This document shows, one piece after another, positions 18,833 through 33,330 of a DNA stretch of 64,000 bases. The position numbers and the translations under genes are program-made. This DNA is from an uncultured Chloroflexia bacterium. Its GTDB lineage: Bacteria; Chloroflexota; Limnocylindria; Limnocylindrales; CSP1-4. Under the pieces are notes generated by a model. It ran no database searches. It worked only from the letters and a program-made list of their open reading frames with translations, and was not told the DNA's origin. Numbering within the stretch: the stretch's first letter is position 1; each line of letters opens with the position of its first letter. Location: NCBI GenBank assembly GCA_963748625.1, contig CAVVJT010000007.1, positions 512,001 to 576,000 of the forward strand, in the 5' to 3' direction.

Positions 18833-19495
18833 TCAGGGTTGGTGCGATTGGGGGTCGGGGTTTGCGTAGAGGTGGTGCTGGGCGATGTAGCGGGCGACGC
18901 CGTCCGGGACGAGGTAGCGGACGGACCGGCCTGCGGCCGCGCGGCGTCGCACCACGCTACCTGAGATGGGCAAGAGGGGCCCGCCGAGGAAGGCGAACCG
19001 GTCCTCGCGGCCCGGGAAGTGCTCTGCGACCCACGACGGGCCCAATGGGTCGTGACCGGCCCGGGGCACGACCGCGAGGCGGGCCAACTCCAGGATCCGG
19101 TCCGGCAGGAGCCAGCGCGGGAAGCCCGCGAGCGCCTCCGACGAGAGGATGAGCCACACGTCCCGCGGGCCGCGCGACGCGAGCCGCTCGAGCGTGTTCA
19201 CGGTGAACGAGGGCGCCGGCAGGTCGATCTCCATCCGGCTCGCCTCGAACCGCGGGTTGCCGGCGACGGCCGCCTGCACCATCGCCATCCGGTGCTCCGG
19301 GGGCGTGATCTCGCGATCGGTCTTGAACGGCGAGGCGGCGGCCGGCACGAACCGGACGACGGCCAGGCCCAGCGCCTCGCGGGCCTCCTCGGCGATCGCG
19401 AGATGTCCGTGGTGGATCGGGTCGAAGGTGCCGCCGAACACCCCGATCGAGTGCTCGACCAACGGCGCGGGCGGGAGGACGTCCTCCACGCTCAC
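18833..19495 (-). CDS. nadD: Nicotinate-nucleotide adenylyltransferase
   Basis: GVFGGTFDPIHHGHL; ISGSVVR; SVRYLVPDGV. Confidence 0.95.
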   Translation of the reverse strand: MSVEDVLPPAPLVEHSIGVFGGTFDPIHHGHLAIAEEAREALGLAVVRFVPAAASPFKTDREITPPEHRMAMVQAAVAGNPRFEASRMEIDLPAPSFTVNTLERLASRGPRDVWLILSSEALAGFPRWLLPDRILELARLAVVPRAGHDPLGPSWVAEHFPGREDRFAFLGGPLLPISGSVVRRRAAAGRSVRYLVPDGVARYIAQHHLYANPDPQSHQP

Positions 19496-20781
19496 CGGCG
19501 GTCCTCGGGCGGATCCCACTCCAGCTCGACCGGGCCGATCCGCACCGTGTCCCCGGGGCGGACGCCGGCCTTGCGCAGGGCCTGGTCGATGCCCGACTTG
19601 AGCAGCTCTCGCTGGAACCGCTCAGCCGACTCCTCGTTGTCGAAGTTGGTCTGCACTGCCAGCCGTTCGATCTTCTTGCCGCGCACGAGGTAGGCGTCCT
19701 CCTCGCGCTCGATCGCGAAGCCGTCCCCGGGCGCCTCGATCCGGTGGATGACGACCCCGGCGGGGTCCGGCGGGCCGTCAAGGCCATCGCGGTCGGGAAG
19801 CAGGTCGCCCACGGCCGCCTGCAGCTCCTCGAGCCCGGCGCCCGTGTCGGCGGAGATCGCGAGGACCGGCAGGCCCTTCTCGCGCATCGCAGCCTCGAAC
19901 ATGGGCCACGCGGCGACGGCCTCGGGCAGGTCCATCTTGTTGAACACGGTGAGCATCGGCTTGGCCAGCAATGCCGGGTCGTGGGCATCGAGCTCGTCGC
20001 GGATGACCTCGTGGTCCCAGACGGGGTCCCTCGAGGCGCCATCGACCATGTGCAGCAGCACCCGCGTGCGCTCGACGTGACGCAGGAACGCGTGGCCCAA
20101 GCCCGCACCCGAGGAGGCGCCCTCGATGAGGCCCGGCACATCGGCAATGGTGGGCCTGCGCCCGTCGTCGATCCCGAGGTCCATCACGCCCAGGTTCGGC
20201 TCGAGCGTGGTGAAGGGGTAGGCGGCGATCTTGGGCGTCGCTGCCGTCAGGGCGGCAAGAAGCGTTGACTTGCCGGCGTTGGGCAGGCCCACCAGCCCCA
20301 CATCCGCGATGAGGCGCAGCTCGAGACGCAGCTCGCGCTCCTCGCCGGGCTCGCCCTTCTGGGCGTGGCGGGGTGCCTGGTGGGTGGCGGTGGCGAAGTG
20401 GGTGTTGCCAAGGCCGCCGCGGCCGCCCTTCGCGACCATGACCTCCTGGCCCACGGCGACCAGGTCTGCGATCAGCATGCCCGTGGAGACGTCGATGACG
20501 CCCGTGCCAGGCGGGACGTCGAGGAACAGGTCCAGGCCCGCCTTGCCGTGGCGCCGCTGGCCTTCTCCGGGCCCGCCGGGCGTGGCCGAGAAGCGGTGCT
20601 TGTAGCGGTAGTCGTGCAGGGCGGTCTGGCCGGGATCGACCCGGAGGTACACCGATCCGCCGCGACCGCCGTCACCGCCATCGGGGCCACCACGGGGAAC
20701 GTGGGCTTCGCGGCGCATCGTGGAGGCGCCATCGCCGCCCGCGCCCGCACGAACGGAGATCTGGACATCATCAAGGAACAT
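19492..20781 (-). CDS. obgE: GTPase ObgE/CgtA
   Basis: GGPDGGDGGRGG, GLPNAGKST, YPFTTL, DVPG, NKMD and C-terminal OCT domain. Confidence 0.97.
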   Translation of the reverse strand: MFLDDVQISVRAGAGGDGASTMRREAHVPRGGPDGGDGGRGGSVYLRVDPGQTALHDYRYKHRFSATPGGPGEGQRRHGKAGLDLFLDVPPGTGVIDVSTGMLIADLVAVGQEVMVAKGGRGGLGNTHFATATHQAPRHAQKGEPGEERELRLELRLIADVGLVGLPNAGKSTLLAALTAATPKIAAYPFTTLEPNLGVMDLGIDDGRRPTIADVPGLIEGASSGAGLGHAFLRHVERTRVLLHMVDGASRDPVWDHEVIRDELDAHDPALLAKPMLTVFNKMDLPEAVAAWPMFEAAMREKGLPVLAISADTGAGLEELQAAVGDLLPDRDGLDGPPDPAGVVIHRIEAPGDGFAIEREEDAYLVRGKKIERLAVQTNFDNEESAERFQRELLKSGIDQALRKAGVRPGDTVRIGPVELEWDPPEDRR

Positions 20782-20835
20782 CGGCGTGATTGTCGCACGG
20801 GGCCCGCAAGGACCCCGGCGCCCTGGCCTGTGCGG

Positions 20836-22188
20836 CTACAGGTACCGCATCGGGTTGACCTGGTGGCCACCGCTCCACGGCACCCCACCGGTCCAGACCT
20901 CGAAGTGGAGGTGGGGGCCCGTGGCAAAGCCGCTGGTGCCGATGCGGCCCACGCGCTGGCCCTTCCCGACCCACTGGCCGGCCCCGACGCTGACGCCGGA
21001 CATGTGGTTGTACGTGGTGTACAGACCGGACCCGTGGGAGACCCAGACCTGCCAGCCGCCGCCGTTGGACTTCCAGCCGGCGAAGTAGACGCGACCCGCG
21101 CCACCGGCGACCACCGGGGAACCGTAGTCCGCCGCGATGTCCAAGCCATAGTGGCCGTAGTGGTAGTGCTGGCTGACGTAGTTGCCGCCACCCACGACCG
21201 GCCAGCGCATCGAGCCGCCGTTGTACCGGCCGCCGTACGAGCCACCGGTGCGGTTCGACGAGCGCGGCGTGGAGGCGGGGCGGGACTTGGACTGCGCCTT
21301 GGGCTTGGGGGTGGGCTTGGGGGTGGGGATCGGCTCGCCCTTGGCGCCCGGGACCACCAGGACCTGGCCCACGACGAGTGTCTCGTCCTCGAGCTGGTTG
21401 ACGGCCTTGATGCGCGACGTCTTGGCCTCATGCGCCTTGGCCAGGGACTCGAGCGTGTCGGTCTCCTTGACCGTGATGACGAGGCCTGACACCGGCGGGA
21501 TCCGCAGCACCTGCCCGATGTGCAGGTCGTCCTTGGACTTGAGCTTGTTGGCCCACCACACCGTCATCATCGACACGTCGAACTTGTTCGCGATGGTGGA
21601 CAGGGTGTCGCCGGACTTCACCTTGTATTTGACGATCAGGTCCGACCCATCCTCGACGGTGGTCTCCGGCGCATACCCCGTGACGAGGGTCCCGTCATCA
21701 AGGAATGCGCCGGCGTCGGCCGTCTCCTCCTCGGCCGCCGCCGGCACGGCCACGTCGTCCGGCAGGACGAGTGGCGCGAAGCTGGTGTCGTCTGCGATAC
21801 GGGCATCGAGGGCCGCGAGGTCGATCTGATCGGCCATCCGGTCAACGCTGCCGTTGATGGCGAGGCGGACATCCTGACCGCGGCCTTCGACACCGCCCAC
21901 GGCACCCGCGGGCGTACCCGGAAGGACGGCGAGCAGGGAGGCAGCGGCAACGATCGCGGCGACGGCCAGGGGGAGGGCGCGCTCAGCGGTCGTGAGGGGG
22001 CGCAGCGCAGCGACGAGGGTGGCGCGCAGCGAAGTGGCCGGGGTGGCGGCATGCCGACCGATCCAGGTCCGGGCGGACCGGGCGGTCGCAACGGCGCGGC
22101 GGTTCAGCCGGGCGGCAGGGGACATGCGAGTGCGGTTGGTGCGGGCGGTCTCAGCGAGGCGCGTCGCGCCATCCGTTGACTTTCGCAA
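20836..22188 (-). CDS. TM-anchored 2xLysM + M23 peptidase
   Basis: YKVKSGDTLSTIA LysM; HYGLDIA and TGPHLHFE M23 motifs; TTG start after AGGAG. Confidence 0.9.
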   Translation of the reverse strand: MRKSTDGATRLAETARTNRTRMSPAARLNRRAVATARSARTWIGRHAATPATSLRATLVAALRPLTTAERALPLAVAAIVAAASLLAVLPGTPAGAVGGVEGRGQDVRLAINGSVDRMADQIDLAALDARIADDTSFAPLVLPDDVAVPAAAEEETADAGAFLDDGTLVTGYAPETTVEDGSDLIVKYKVKSGDTLSTIANKFDVSMMTVWWANKLKSKDDLHIGQVLRIPPVSGLVITVKETDTLESLAKAHEAKTSRIKAVNQLEDETLVVGQVLVVPGAKGEPIPTPKPTPKPKAQSKSRPASTPRSSNRTGGSYGGRYNGGSMRWPVVGGGNYVSQHYHYGHYGLDIAADYGSPVVAGGAGRVYFAGWKSNGGGWQVWVSHGSGLYTTYNHMSGVSVGAGQWVGKGQRVGRIGTSGFATGPHLHFEVWTGGVPWSGGHQVNPMRYL

Positions 22189-22326
22189 TACGTTCTCCTG
22201 GTGCGGGTCCCGTCCCTGGTGCGTCACCACCAGTCGGTTCGAGCCAGCTCCTGCGAGCCTCGCGTGACGTCCTGTTGCCCCCGCAGACATGTCCCGGCAG
22301 GCCGGGACGGACCTCACGTCCGGGGG

Positions 22327-22356
22327 AACGTACCAGAAGGTTGCGACGCCGCGCAA
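22327..22356 (-). promoter_or_regulatory. Candidate sigma70 promoter TTGCGC-N18-TACGTT for the M23 gene
   Basis: Extended TG precedes the -10 on the minus strand. Confidence 0.45.
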
Positions 22357-22548
22357 ACCGACACCACCCTTGCCGATGTTCGCCCAGTGGCCCTAAAACC
22401 TAGGTCAAACGGCCTGAATCTACGCGAATCGGACGGGATTCCCTGCCGTGTGTTCGACAACCCTACGTGCCAGACCCGAGTCCAGGACCAGCCGGGCGAT
22501 CCGAGGCCGGGGTGCACTGATCCGCCCTGCGCGACGACCGCGCGCGGG

Positions 22549-23937
22549 TCAGGCCTCCGAGGACTTGGTCAGCTGGGCCAGGAACTGCGCATTGCTCTCG
22601 GTCTTGGAGATCCGGTTGAGCAGCAGCTCGATCCCCTCGTTGGTGCCCACCGCGGACAGCATCCGGCGCATCGTCCAGACCATCTTGAGGGTCCCCTCCT
22701 CCAGGAGGAGCTCCTCGCGCCGGGTGCCGGAGCGCTGGACGTCGATCGACGGGAAGATGCGCTTCTCGGCGAGCTTGCGGTCGAGGATGAGCTCCGAGTT
22801 GCCGGTGCCCTTGAACTCCTCGTAGATGACGTCGTCCATGCGCGAGCCGGTGTCCACGAGGCACGTGGCGATGATCGTGAGGGAGCCGCCCTCCTCGATC
22901 TTCCGCGCGGCGCCGAAGAACCGCTTGGGCGGGTACAGCGCGATCGGATCGATGCCGCCCGACAGGGTCCGGCCGCTGGGCGGGAGGGCCAGGTTGTAGG
23001 CGCGCGCGAGCCGGGTGATGGAGTCGAGCAGGATCACGACGTCCCGGCCGGTCTCCACCTGGCGCTTTGCGATCTCGAGGGCCATCTCCGCGACGTGCGT
23101 GTGGTTCTCGGTCGGCTCGTCGAAGGTGGAGCTGATGACCTCGCCGTGGACGCTCCGGCGCATGTCCGTGACTTCCTCGGGCCGCTCGCCGATGAGCGCC
23201 ACCATGAGCAGGATGTCCGGGTAGTTGGCGCTGATGCCATTGGCGATGCTCTTGAGCAGCATCGTCTTGCCGGCCTTGGGCGGCGACACGATGAGCGCGC
23301 GCTGGCCCTTGCCGAGCGGGTTGACCAGGTTGACCAGGCGCTGCGAGAGGTTCTTGGGGTCGCTCTCGAGGTTGATCAGCTCGATCGGATGGATCGGCGT
23401 CAGGTCCGCGAAGTACGGGCGGCGGCGGGCCGTGTCGGTGTCCACGCCGTTGACCGTGTCAACCCGGATGAGCCCGTAGAATTTCTCGCCCTCGCGGGGC
23501 GCCCTGACCGCGCCGACCACGCGGTCGCCGATCCGCAGCCCGAACCGGCGGACCTGGCTGGAGCTGACGTACACGTCGTCCGGGCCGGGCAGCAGGCCGT
23601 GGCCGCGCATGAAGCCGTAGCCCTCGTCGACGATGTCGAGGATGCCGAAGACGTAGTCGAGGCCCGCGCGCTCGGTCTGCGCCTGCAGGATCTGGTTGAC
23701 CAGGGCATCGGAGCTGGCGGACTTCGAGTCCTCGATCTCGAGCTTGGCGCCGATCTCCTTGAGCTGCTTGACCGACATGCCGCGCAGGTCACGGATGTCG
23801 ATGTCATTGCGCTCACGGGCGGCTTCGAGCTCGGCGACCTCGTCCTGCTCGGTGACGGGCAGGCGGTTGCCAGTGTTCTGGGATCGACGGCGCGGGCGGC
23901 GGTTGCGGCTCGGGCGCTGGTCGGGGCCGTTCGGCAT
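22549..23937 (-). CDS. rho: Transcription termination factor Rho
   Basis: [56 protein letters not shown]. Confidence 0.98.
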   Translation of the reverse strand: MPNGPDQRPSRNRRPRRRSQNTGNRLPVTEQDEVAELEAARERNDIDIRDLRGMSVKQLKEIGAKLEIEDSKSASSDALVNQILQAQTERAGLDYVFGILDIVDEGYGFMRGHGLLPGPDDVYVSSSQVRRFGLRIGDRVVGAVRAPREGEKFYGLIRVDTVNGVDTDTARRRPYFADLTPIHPIELINLESDPKNLSQRLVNLVNPLGKGQRALIVSPPKAGKTMLLKSIANGISANYPDILLMVALIGERPEEVTDMRRSVHGEVISSTFDEPTENHTHVAEMALEIAKRQVETGRDVVILLDSITRLARAYNLALPPSGRTLSGGIDPIALYPPKRFFGAARKIEEGGSLTIIATCLVDTGSRMDDVIYEEFKGTGNSELILDRKLAEKRIFPSIDVQRSGTRREELLLEEGTLKMVWTMRRMLSAVGTNEGIELLLNRISKTESNAQFLAQLTKSSEA

Positions 23938-24071
23938 GGGGTCGGGCACACCTGCGAGGGGTGGGATCCGCCGCCGGAGCGTTTCCGGCGAGGGGACGAT
24001 GGGTCGCGCCAGCGGCCGTTGGTTCGCGCAGAATCCACGGTGGGTCGCGCGTGGCCGGTGGGGATGGCGGG

Positions 24072-24099
24072 AGAATAGCACCCTCGCGGCACCCGTCAA
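24072..24099 (-). promoter_or_regulatory. sigma70 promoter of rho: TTGACG-N16-TATTCT
   Basis: Minus strand GTTGACGggtgccgcgagggTGcTATTCT. Confidence 0.65.
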
Positions 24100-24258
24100 C
24101 ACCCGCCAACGCGTGCGTCAGCACCCTGAGGGCCGTGCGGCCTTGCCGGTGCCGTCCGATGACCCTTTCCTGCAGGCTGCCCGGACCCTAGCGTCGACTG
24201 GCCGGATTGCAGCGAACGCGTACCCGCGGTTCCGCAGCCGGTCGACGGAGGGAGCGGG

Positions 24259-26277
24259 ATGCGCGTCCAGGGCGCGGCGGTGTGCCTGATGACCGTCATG
24301 CTGCTTGGAGGGTGCAGCCCCCAGCCGCCCCGCCCGCCCACCGCGAATCTCACGCTCGGGACCCCGGCGCCGGCGACGACAGCGGGGCCGGAGGCAACCG
24401 GGGCGGCCGAGCCGGAGGACCCAGCGCCGATCGACACCGGTGCCCTCCTGGGGGCCGGGGAGCAGCTCACGGTCCCCGCCGATCCCGCCGGGGCGGCGGC
24501 CTACCTCGCGGCACGCGTGCGCGATCCGGCAACCGCACGTACGGCGACCCGCGAGATCCTGCTGCGCTCGGGGATCGGCATCTTCGGGGCCGAGACTGGC
24601 GCGCTGGCGGCCGTGCCCGCGGATCCGGCGTTTGTCGACGCGTCCATCTACGAGTTCCAGGTGCCGCTCCTCGCGGACGGTGTCGCGGGCGGCGCGAGCG
24701 TGACCCTCCAGCCCGCCCTCGATCTCCTCCAGGCATTGGGCTGGGTCTCCGATGCGGGAACCCTGGTCCAGCTCGAGGACGCAGTCCGCGCCTGGCTGGA
24801 CGCATCGGCCGCCGATCCGGCAGCCCCGCTCGCCTTCGGCGGGCTCGCCGTGCGCGAGCTGATGCGCGCGGCAGGCACCGACCCGGCCGGCCCTGTTCGG
24901 CTCGACCCGCTGGCCTTCCAGGTGTTCCTCGCGAGCCTGGTGAGCGACCTGGGCCACTTCGGAGGCACGGCGTCGGCCCCCGGGTCGGCCCCGCAAGCGG
25001 CCGTCCTCACAGCGATGCGCTCCGCCCCGGCCGCCGGAGAAGCGGGGGCGGCGGCTGGCGACGAGTGCGACGAGCCGGCCAAGGCCTACGACAGCGGGCT
25101 GTACGACAAGCTCTACAAGACCATCGTGCAGAAGTCGGCATCGATCCTGTTCGGTCCGGCCTGGACGAAGGCCGGCAGCCGGGTCTACGACTACGGGAAG
25201 ATCCTGTCCACCGTGCAGGCCCGGGCAGCCCTGGCCGCCGGAATGAAGCTCACCGTGACCAGCGAGGCGGGCGGCACACCGCATTACCGGCACTCGACCG
25301 GTGACGGAGGTGGCTCCAACGTCTGGTACTTCACCGCGAAGGCGGAGTTCAACACCTCGCTCGCGGGCCGGATCGTCAACTGTGGCGCGCTTGCCGGCCT
25401 GAGGATCCCCGCGAACGGTGGCATCGAGGGCCTGCGCCTGCAGTGGGCGATCAGCGACAACCTCGAGTGCACCGAGCGCGGCGGCAACTGCGACCAGCTG
25501 GGCCGCATCCCGAGTGGCGGCGGCGGCGTGACCACCGACTCCACGGGGCAGTCGAAGCTGCAGGTTGAGACGATCATCGAGCCCGGCTGTCCATCGCCGC
25601 AGAACGCGAACACGACCGACAAGGCCAGGTGCAAGAAGGGCAAGGTCACCGGCACGACCTCGTGGGCCAAGGTCACGGTCGACCTGACGCGGCAGCCGCC
25701 GATCAAGATCGCGGACCTGCTCTTCTACAAGCCGGGCTCCCTCGTGGAGGACACCGCGAAGGCCCTGGCCAAGGTCCTGGTCGACGTCGTCACCGACATG
25801 GTCGCCTCGGCCAGCGCGGCGAAGGGGATCCAGCCCGTCCAGCGCCACGAGGTGACGGACTTCCGCGTGACCTACAGCGCCGAGGGTGTCGACTTCAACG
25901 GCACCAAGTGCGCCGGATACGCGGGGCCGTGGACCATCAAGGTGTCGGGCAACCCGGGCCCGAACACCAAGGCGTCTGGCTCCATCGACTTCACCCTTGA
26001 CGACGACGGGCGCGGTTCGGGGACGATCGACATGGCGATCGTGACCAAGGTCAAGGCCGGCGGCAAGACGTTCAAGGCGTCGGTCGACGTGGACGGCACC
26101 ATGGACGTGGAGCTCGTCAGCACCGACGCCCCGTCGATGCTCCGGTTCACCAACATGCGCGGCGGTGCCCTGGCCGAGGGCTCCGGTCCGAACCTCTCGA
26201 TGCAGAAGCTGTTCGGTTCGAATGGATCCGAGTCGTCCGGATTTGCGGTCGAGACCGGGACGTTCTGCAAGGGCTGA
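24259..26277 (+). CDS. Large hypothetical Cys-rich lipoprotein
   Basis: LLGGC lipobox, GGAGGGAG RBS, strongly biased codons, several Cys pairs. Confidence 0.75.
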   Translation: MRVQGAAVCLMTVMLLGGCSPQPPRPPTANLTLGTPAPATTAGPEATGAAEPEDPAPIDTGALLGAGEQLTVPADPAGAAAYLAARVRDPATARTATREILLRSGIGIFGAETGALAAVPADPAFVDASIYEFQVPLLADGVAGGASVTLQPALDLLQALGWVSDAGTLVQLEDAVRAWLDASAADPAAPLAFGGLAVRELMRAAGTDPAGPVRLDPLAFQVFLASLVSDLGHFGGTASAPGSAPQAAVLTAMRSAPAAGEAGAAAGDECDEPAKAYDSGLYDKLYKTIVQKSASILFGPAWTKAGSRVYDYGKILSTVQARAALAAGMKLTVTSEAGGTPHYRHSTGDGGGSNVWYFTAKAEFNTSLAGRIVNCGALAGLRIPANGGIEGLRLQWAISDNLECTERGGNCDQLGRIPSGGGGVTTDSTGQSKLQVETIIEPGCPSPQNANTTDKARCKKGKVTGTTSWAKVTVDLTRQPPIKIADLLFYKPGSLVEDTAKALAKVLVDVVTDMVASASAAKGIQPVQRHEVTDFRVTYSAEGVDFNGTKCAGYAGPWTIKVSGNPGPNTKASGSIDFTLDDDGRGSGTIDMAIVTKVKAGGKTFKASVDVDGTMDVELVSTDAPSMLRFTNMRGGALAEGSGPNLSMQKLFGSNGSESSGFAVETGTFCKG

Positions 26278-26332
26278 CGGACCGCGGGCGCCGATGACCC
26301 TGCTCTGCGGCCGGATCGACCGCTGGGGCGCG

Positions 26333-27742
26333 CTACGCCTGGTTCGCTTGCCTTGCCGCTCGCAGCAGTCCCACGCGGATCAGCGGGTAGCCCGCGGCGT
26401 TGCAGCAATCGATCGTGCCGTCGAGGCCGCGCCCGAACACCAGGGCCTCGCCACCTGGCCGCCCGCCCACCATCGTGAACACGAGCGGGTCGTCGGTCGG
26501 CAGCAGGTCATGCGTGGGGTCGGAAGCATCCGAGCTCGCGATCACGAGCCGCCCGTCACGCCACTCGACCAGCGTGTCGTCCCCGAAGTCCGTGTCCCGG
26601 TAGACCCCGAGGAGCTCGCGATAGGCATCGGGGACCGGCCCCGGGACCTTGGCCTCGGCGCGGTCGTCCTCCTCGGTCAGGGCCGGCAGCATGAGCTCCA
26701 GGAGCTGGCGTGAGAGCTTGGCGGCACTTCCGATCCCGTTGAGCAGGACCACGGCGCCGACCTTGCCCGAGCGCGAGAACGAGACGTTCGCCTGGAACCC
26801 CCACAGCGAGCCGGAGTGGCCGATCAGCACCGTCTCGCCGGATCGGGTCCCGTACCAGCAGAGGCCCTGCGCCTCGGTCCAATCGGGCTTGCTCAGGAAC
26901 ACAGGCCTGTGCATCTCGGCCAGGGTCCTTCCGCCCAGCACCTGGCCGTCACCGCGCACGAGCCCGTCATCGGAGCGGAGCTGCTGGGCGAGCCACCGCC
27001 CGAGGTCCTCCGCCGTGGACCACAGGCCGCCATCGGCCATGAACAGGCCGGAATCGAGATCGCGAGCGATCGCAGGGGTGTCGTCGTGCTGCCGGGCCGC
27101 ATAGCCCGTGGCCCTGCGGGCAGCCTGGTCGGGATCCGGGTGCCAGGTCGTGTCATGCATGCCGAGCGGGTCCAGGACCGCGGCCCGGATGTGCTCGGTG
27201 AAGGGCCGTCCCGCGACGCGCTCCACCAGGAGCCCCAGGAGCTCGAAGGCGAAGTTGCTGTACTTGAGATCGGCCTCGACCGGCGTCCGAACCGCCCCCA
27301 TGTGCAGGATCGCCAGCAGCTCATCAGGCCGGTAGACCCAGAACCGGTCGAGGTCCTGCCACGGCACCTCGCCCTGGAGACCGGACGTGTGCATCAGGAG
27401 GCGCCGGATCGTCAGGTCGTCAGTGGAGCCGTGCGGGTTCGCGAGCTGCGCAAGCTCGGGCAGGAAGCGGACCGCCGGGTCGTCCAGCCGGAACCGGCCC
27501 TCGTCGCGGAGCTGGAGGACCGCGGTCGCGGTGATCGTCTTGGTGATCGATGCGATCCGGTAGAGCGTGCGCTCGTCAGGGCGCCGGGCAGTTGCGATGT
27601 CGGCGAAGCCGGAGCCATGCCACCAGCGCAGGCCGTCCCGCGTGGCGATGCCGGCGACAATGCCGGGCAGCCGGTGCTCCCGCCGGTACCGGCCGATGGC
27701 TGCCTCAAGCTTGGGTGCGAGCGAGGCGATGACATGGTCCAT
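26333..27742 (-). CDS. Serine hydrolase, beta-lactamase/AmpC-like family
   Basis: IASITK (SxxK), YSN, GHSG motifs; AGGGAGG RBS. Confidence 0.9.
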   Translation of the reverse strand: MDHVIASLAPKLEAAIGRYRREHRLPGIVAGIATRDGLRWWHGSGFADIATARRPDERTLYRIASITKTITATAVLQLRDEGRFRLDDPAVRFLPELAQLANPHGSTDDLTIRRLLMHTSGLQGEVPWQDLDRFWVYRPDELLAILHMGAVRTPVEADLKYSNFAFELLGLLVERVAGRPFTEHIRAAVLDPLGMHDTTWHPDPDQAARRATGYAARQHDDTPAIARDLDSGLFMADGGLWSTAEDLGRWLAQQLRSDDGLVRGDGQVLGGRTLAEMHRPVFLSKPDWTEAQGLCWYGTRSGETVLIGHSGSLWGFQANVSFSRSGKVGAVVLLNGIGSAAKLSRQLLELMLPALTEEDDRAEAKVPGPVPDAYRELLGVYRDTDFGDDTLVEWRDGRLVIASSDASDPTHDLLPTDDPLVFTMVGGRPGGEALVFGRGLDGTIDCCNAAGYPLIRVGLLRAARQANQA

Positions 27743-27827
27743 GGCTGGCCTCCCTGGGTCGCTCACATGCTGGCGGCAACCCGCACGACAGGAGAAGGTG
27801 ACCCTTTCTGGCCCACGACGACCCGGG

Positions 27828-32436
<4,609 letters not shown>

Positions 32437-32527
32437 GCCGGCCCTGGCGTCCGGCGGGCTGAGCCGGCCCTGGCGTCCGCGGAGCTGAGCCGGACATCCG
32501 GTCCTCGCCCGCCAGCGAACCAAGGGC

Positions 32528-33274
32528 ATGAAGATCCTTCGCGCCGCGCTCGTCGCGGGCTCCCTCGCGGCGATGGCGGTCAGTGTCGCGGTGGCCCCCG
32601 TCGCGGCCCATGCGCCGATGGTCGTGGAGCCCGGCAACGGGTCGCCGGCGACCGCCTTCGTGCTCGACGACCCGACCCTCTCCCGGGCGATCGGCGCCAC
32701 CCTGGACGCGCCGGGCGAGGTGGACTGGTACCGGATGGACCTGCGAGCCGGCGATGCACTGGTCGTGGAGGTGACCGCGCCCGACGCCGTCGGCGGCATC
32801 GCACCCTCGTTCGCCCTGCTCGGCCCGGGACTGCCCGCGCCCGCCGATGACGCGACGGCCGCGCTGGCGGCCGCTGCACGTGCCGACGGCGCCCTGACCC
32901 ATGAGGCAGAAGGGGGCGGGCGCGAGGTCCACGGCGGTCTTGGCTTCATCTCCTGGGGCGGCGTCCGGACGACCGCCCCCGCTGACGGCACCTACTGGAT
33001 CGCCGTCCGCGCAGCCGAGGATGGTGCCACCGGCAAGTACGTGCTCGCGCCCGGCGTCCGGGAGGAGTTCGGGCCCGGAGCTGTCGGAGGGATGGCGGAT
33101 CTCGTCACGTTCTTCGACGCCCCGTGGCCAACGGTGCCGGGCTCGCCAACCCCCACGGACGGGGCAGATGGCACGCTGGTCGTCGTCGTGCTTGTCGTGG
33201 TGGGTGCCGTCGTCGGTGGGGTGCTTGTGGCCGGGATCCGGCGCGGGCGGAGCGCTGCCCAGCCGGCGCCATAG
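32528..33274 (+). CDS. Secreted protein with PPC-like beta domain and C-terminal membrane anchor
   Basis: Signal peptide ending VAAH, EVDWYRM..GTYWIAV..GKYVLAPGVREEF, C-terminal TM + RRGR. Confidence 0.7.
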   Translation: MKILRAALVAGSLAAMAVSVAVAPVAAHAPMVVEPGNGSPATAFVLDDPTLSRAIGATLDAPGEVDWYRMDLRAGDALVVEVTAPDAVGGIAPSFALLGPGLPAPADDATAALAAAARADGALTHEAEGGGREVHGGLGFISWGGVRTTAPADGTYWIAVRAAEDGATGKYVLAPGVREEFGPGAVGGMADLVTFFDAPWPTVPGSPTPTDGADGTLVVVVLVVVGAVVGGVLVAGIRRGRSAAQPAP

Positions 33275-33330
33275 GTGACGGGCGGCACCCGCCCGCGGAT
33301 CCTCCCAGTGCTGGTGCCGCTCCCCGCGTC

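Noticed and set aside
22189-22548. c-di-AMP (ydaO) riboswitch upstream of the M23 gene
   Set aside because: Its consensus blocks are not seen on the coding strand; kept only as a generic structured leader
26333-27742. Serine hydrolase as an antibiotic-resistance beta-lactamase
   Set aside because: No signal peptide; generic esterase/peptidase-like member of the fold, so resistance cannot be inferred
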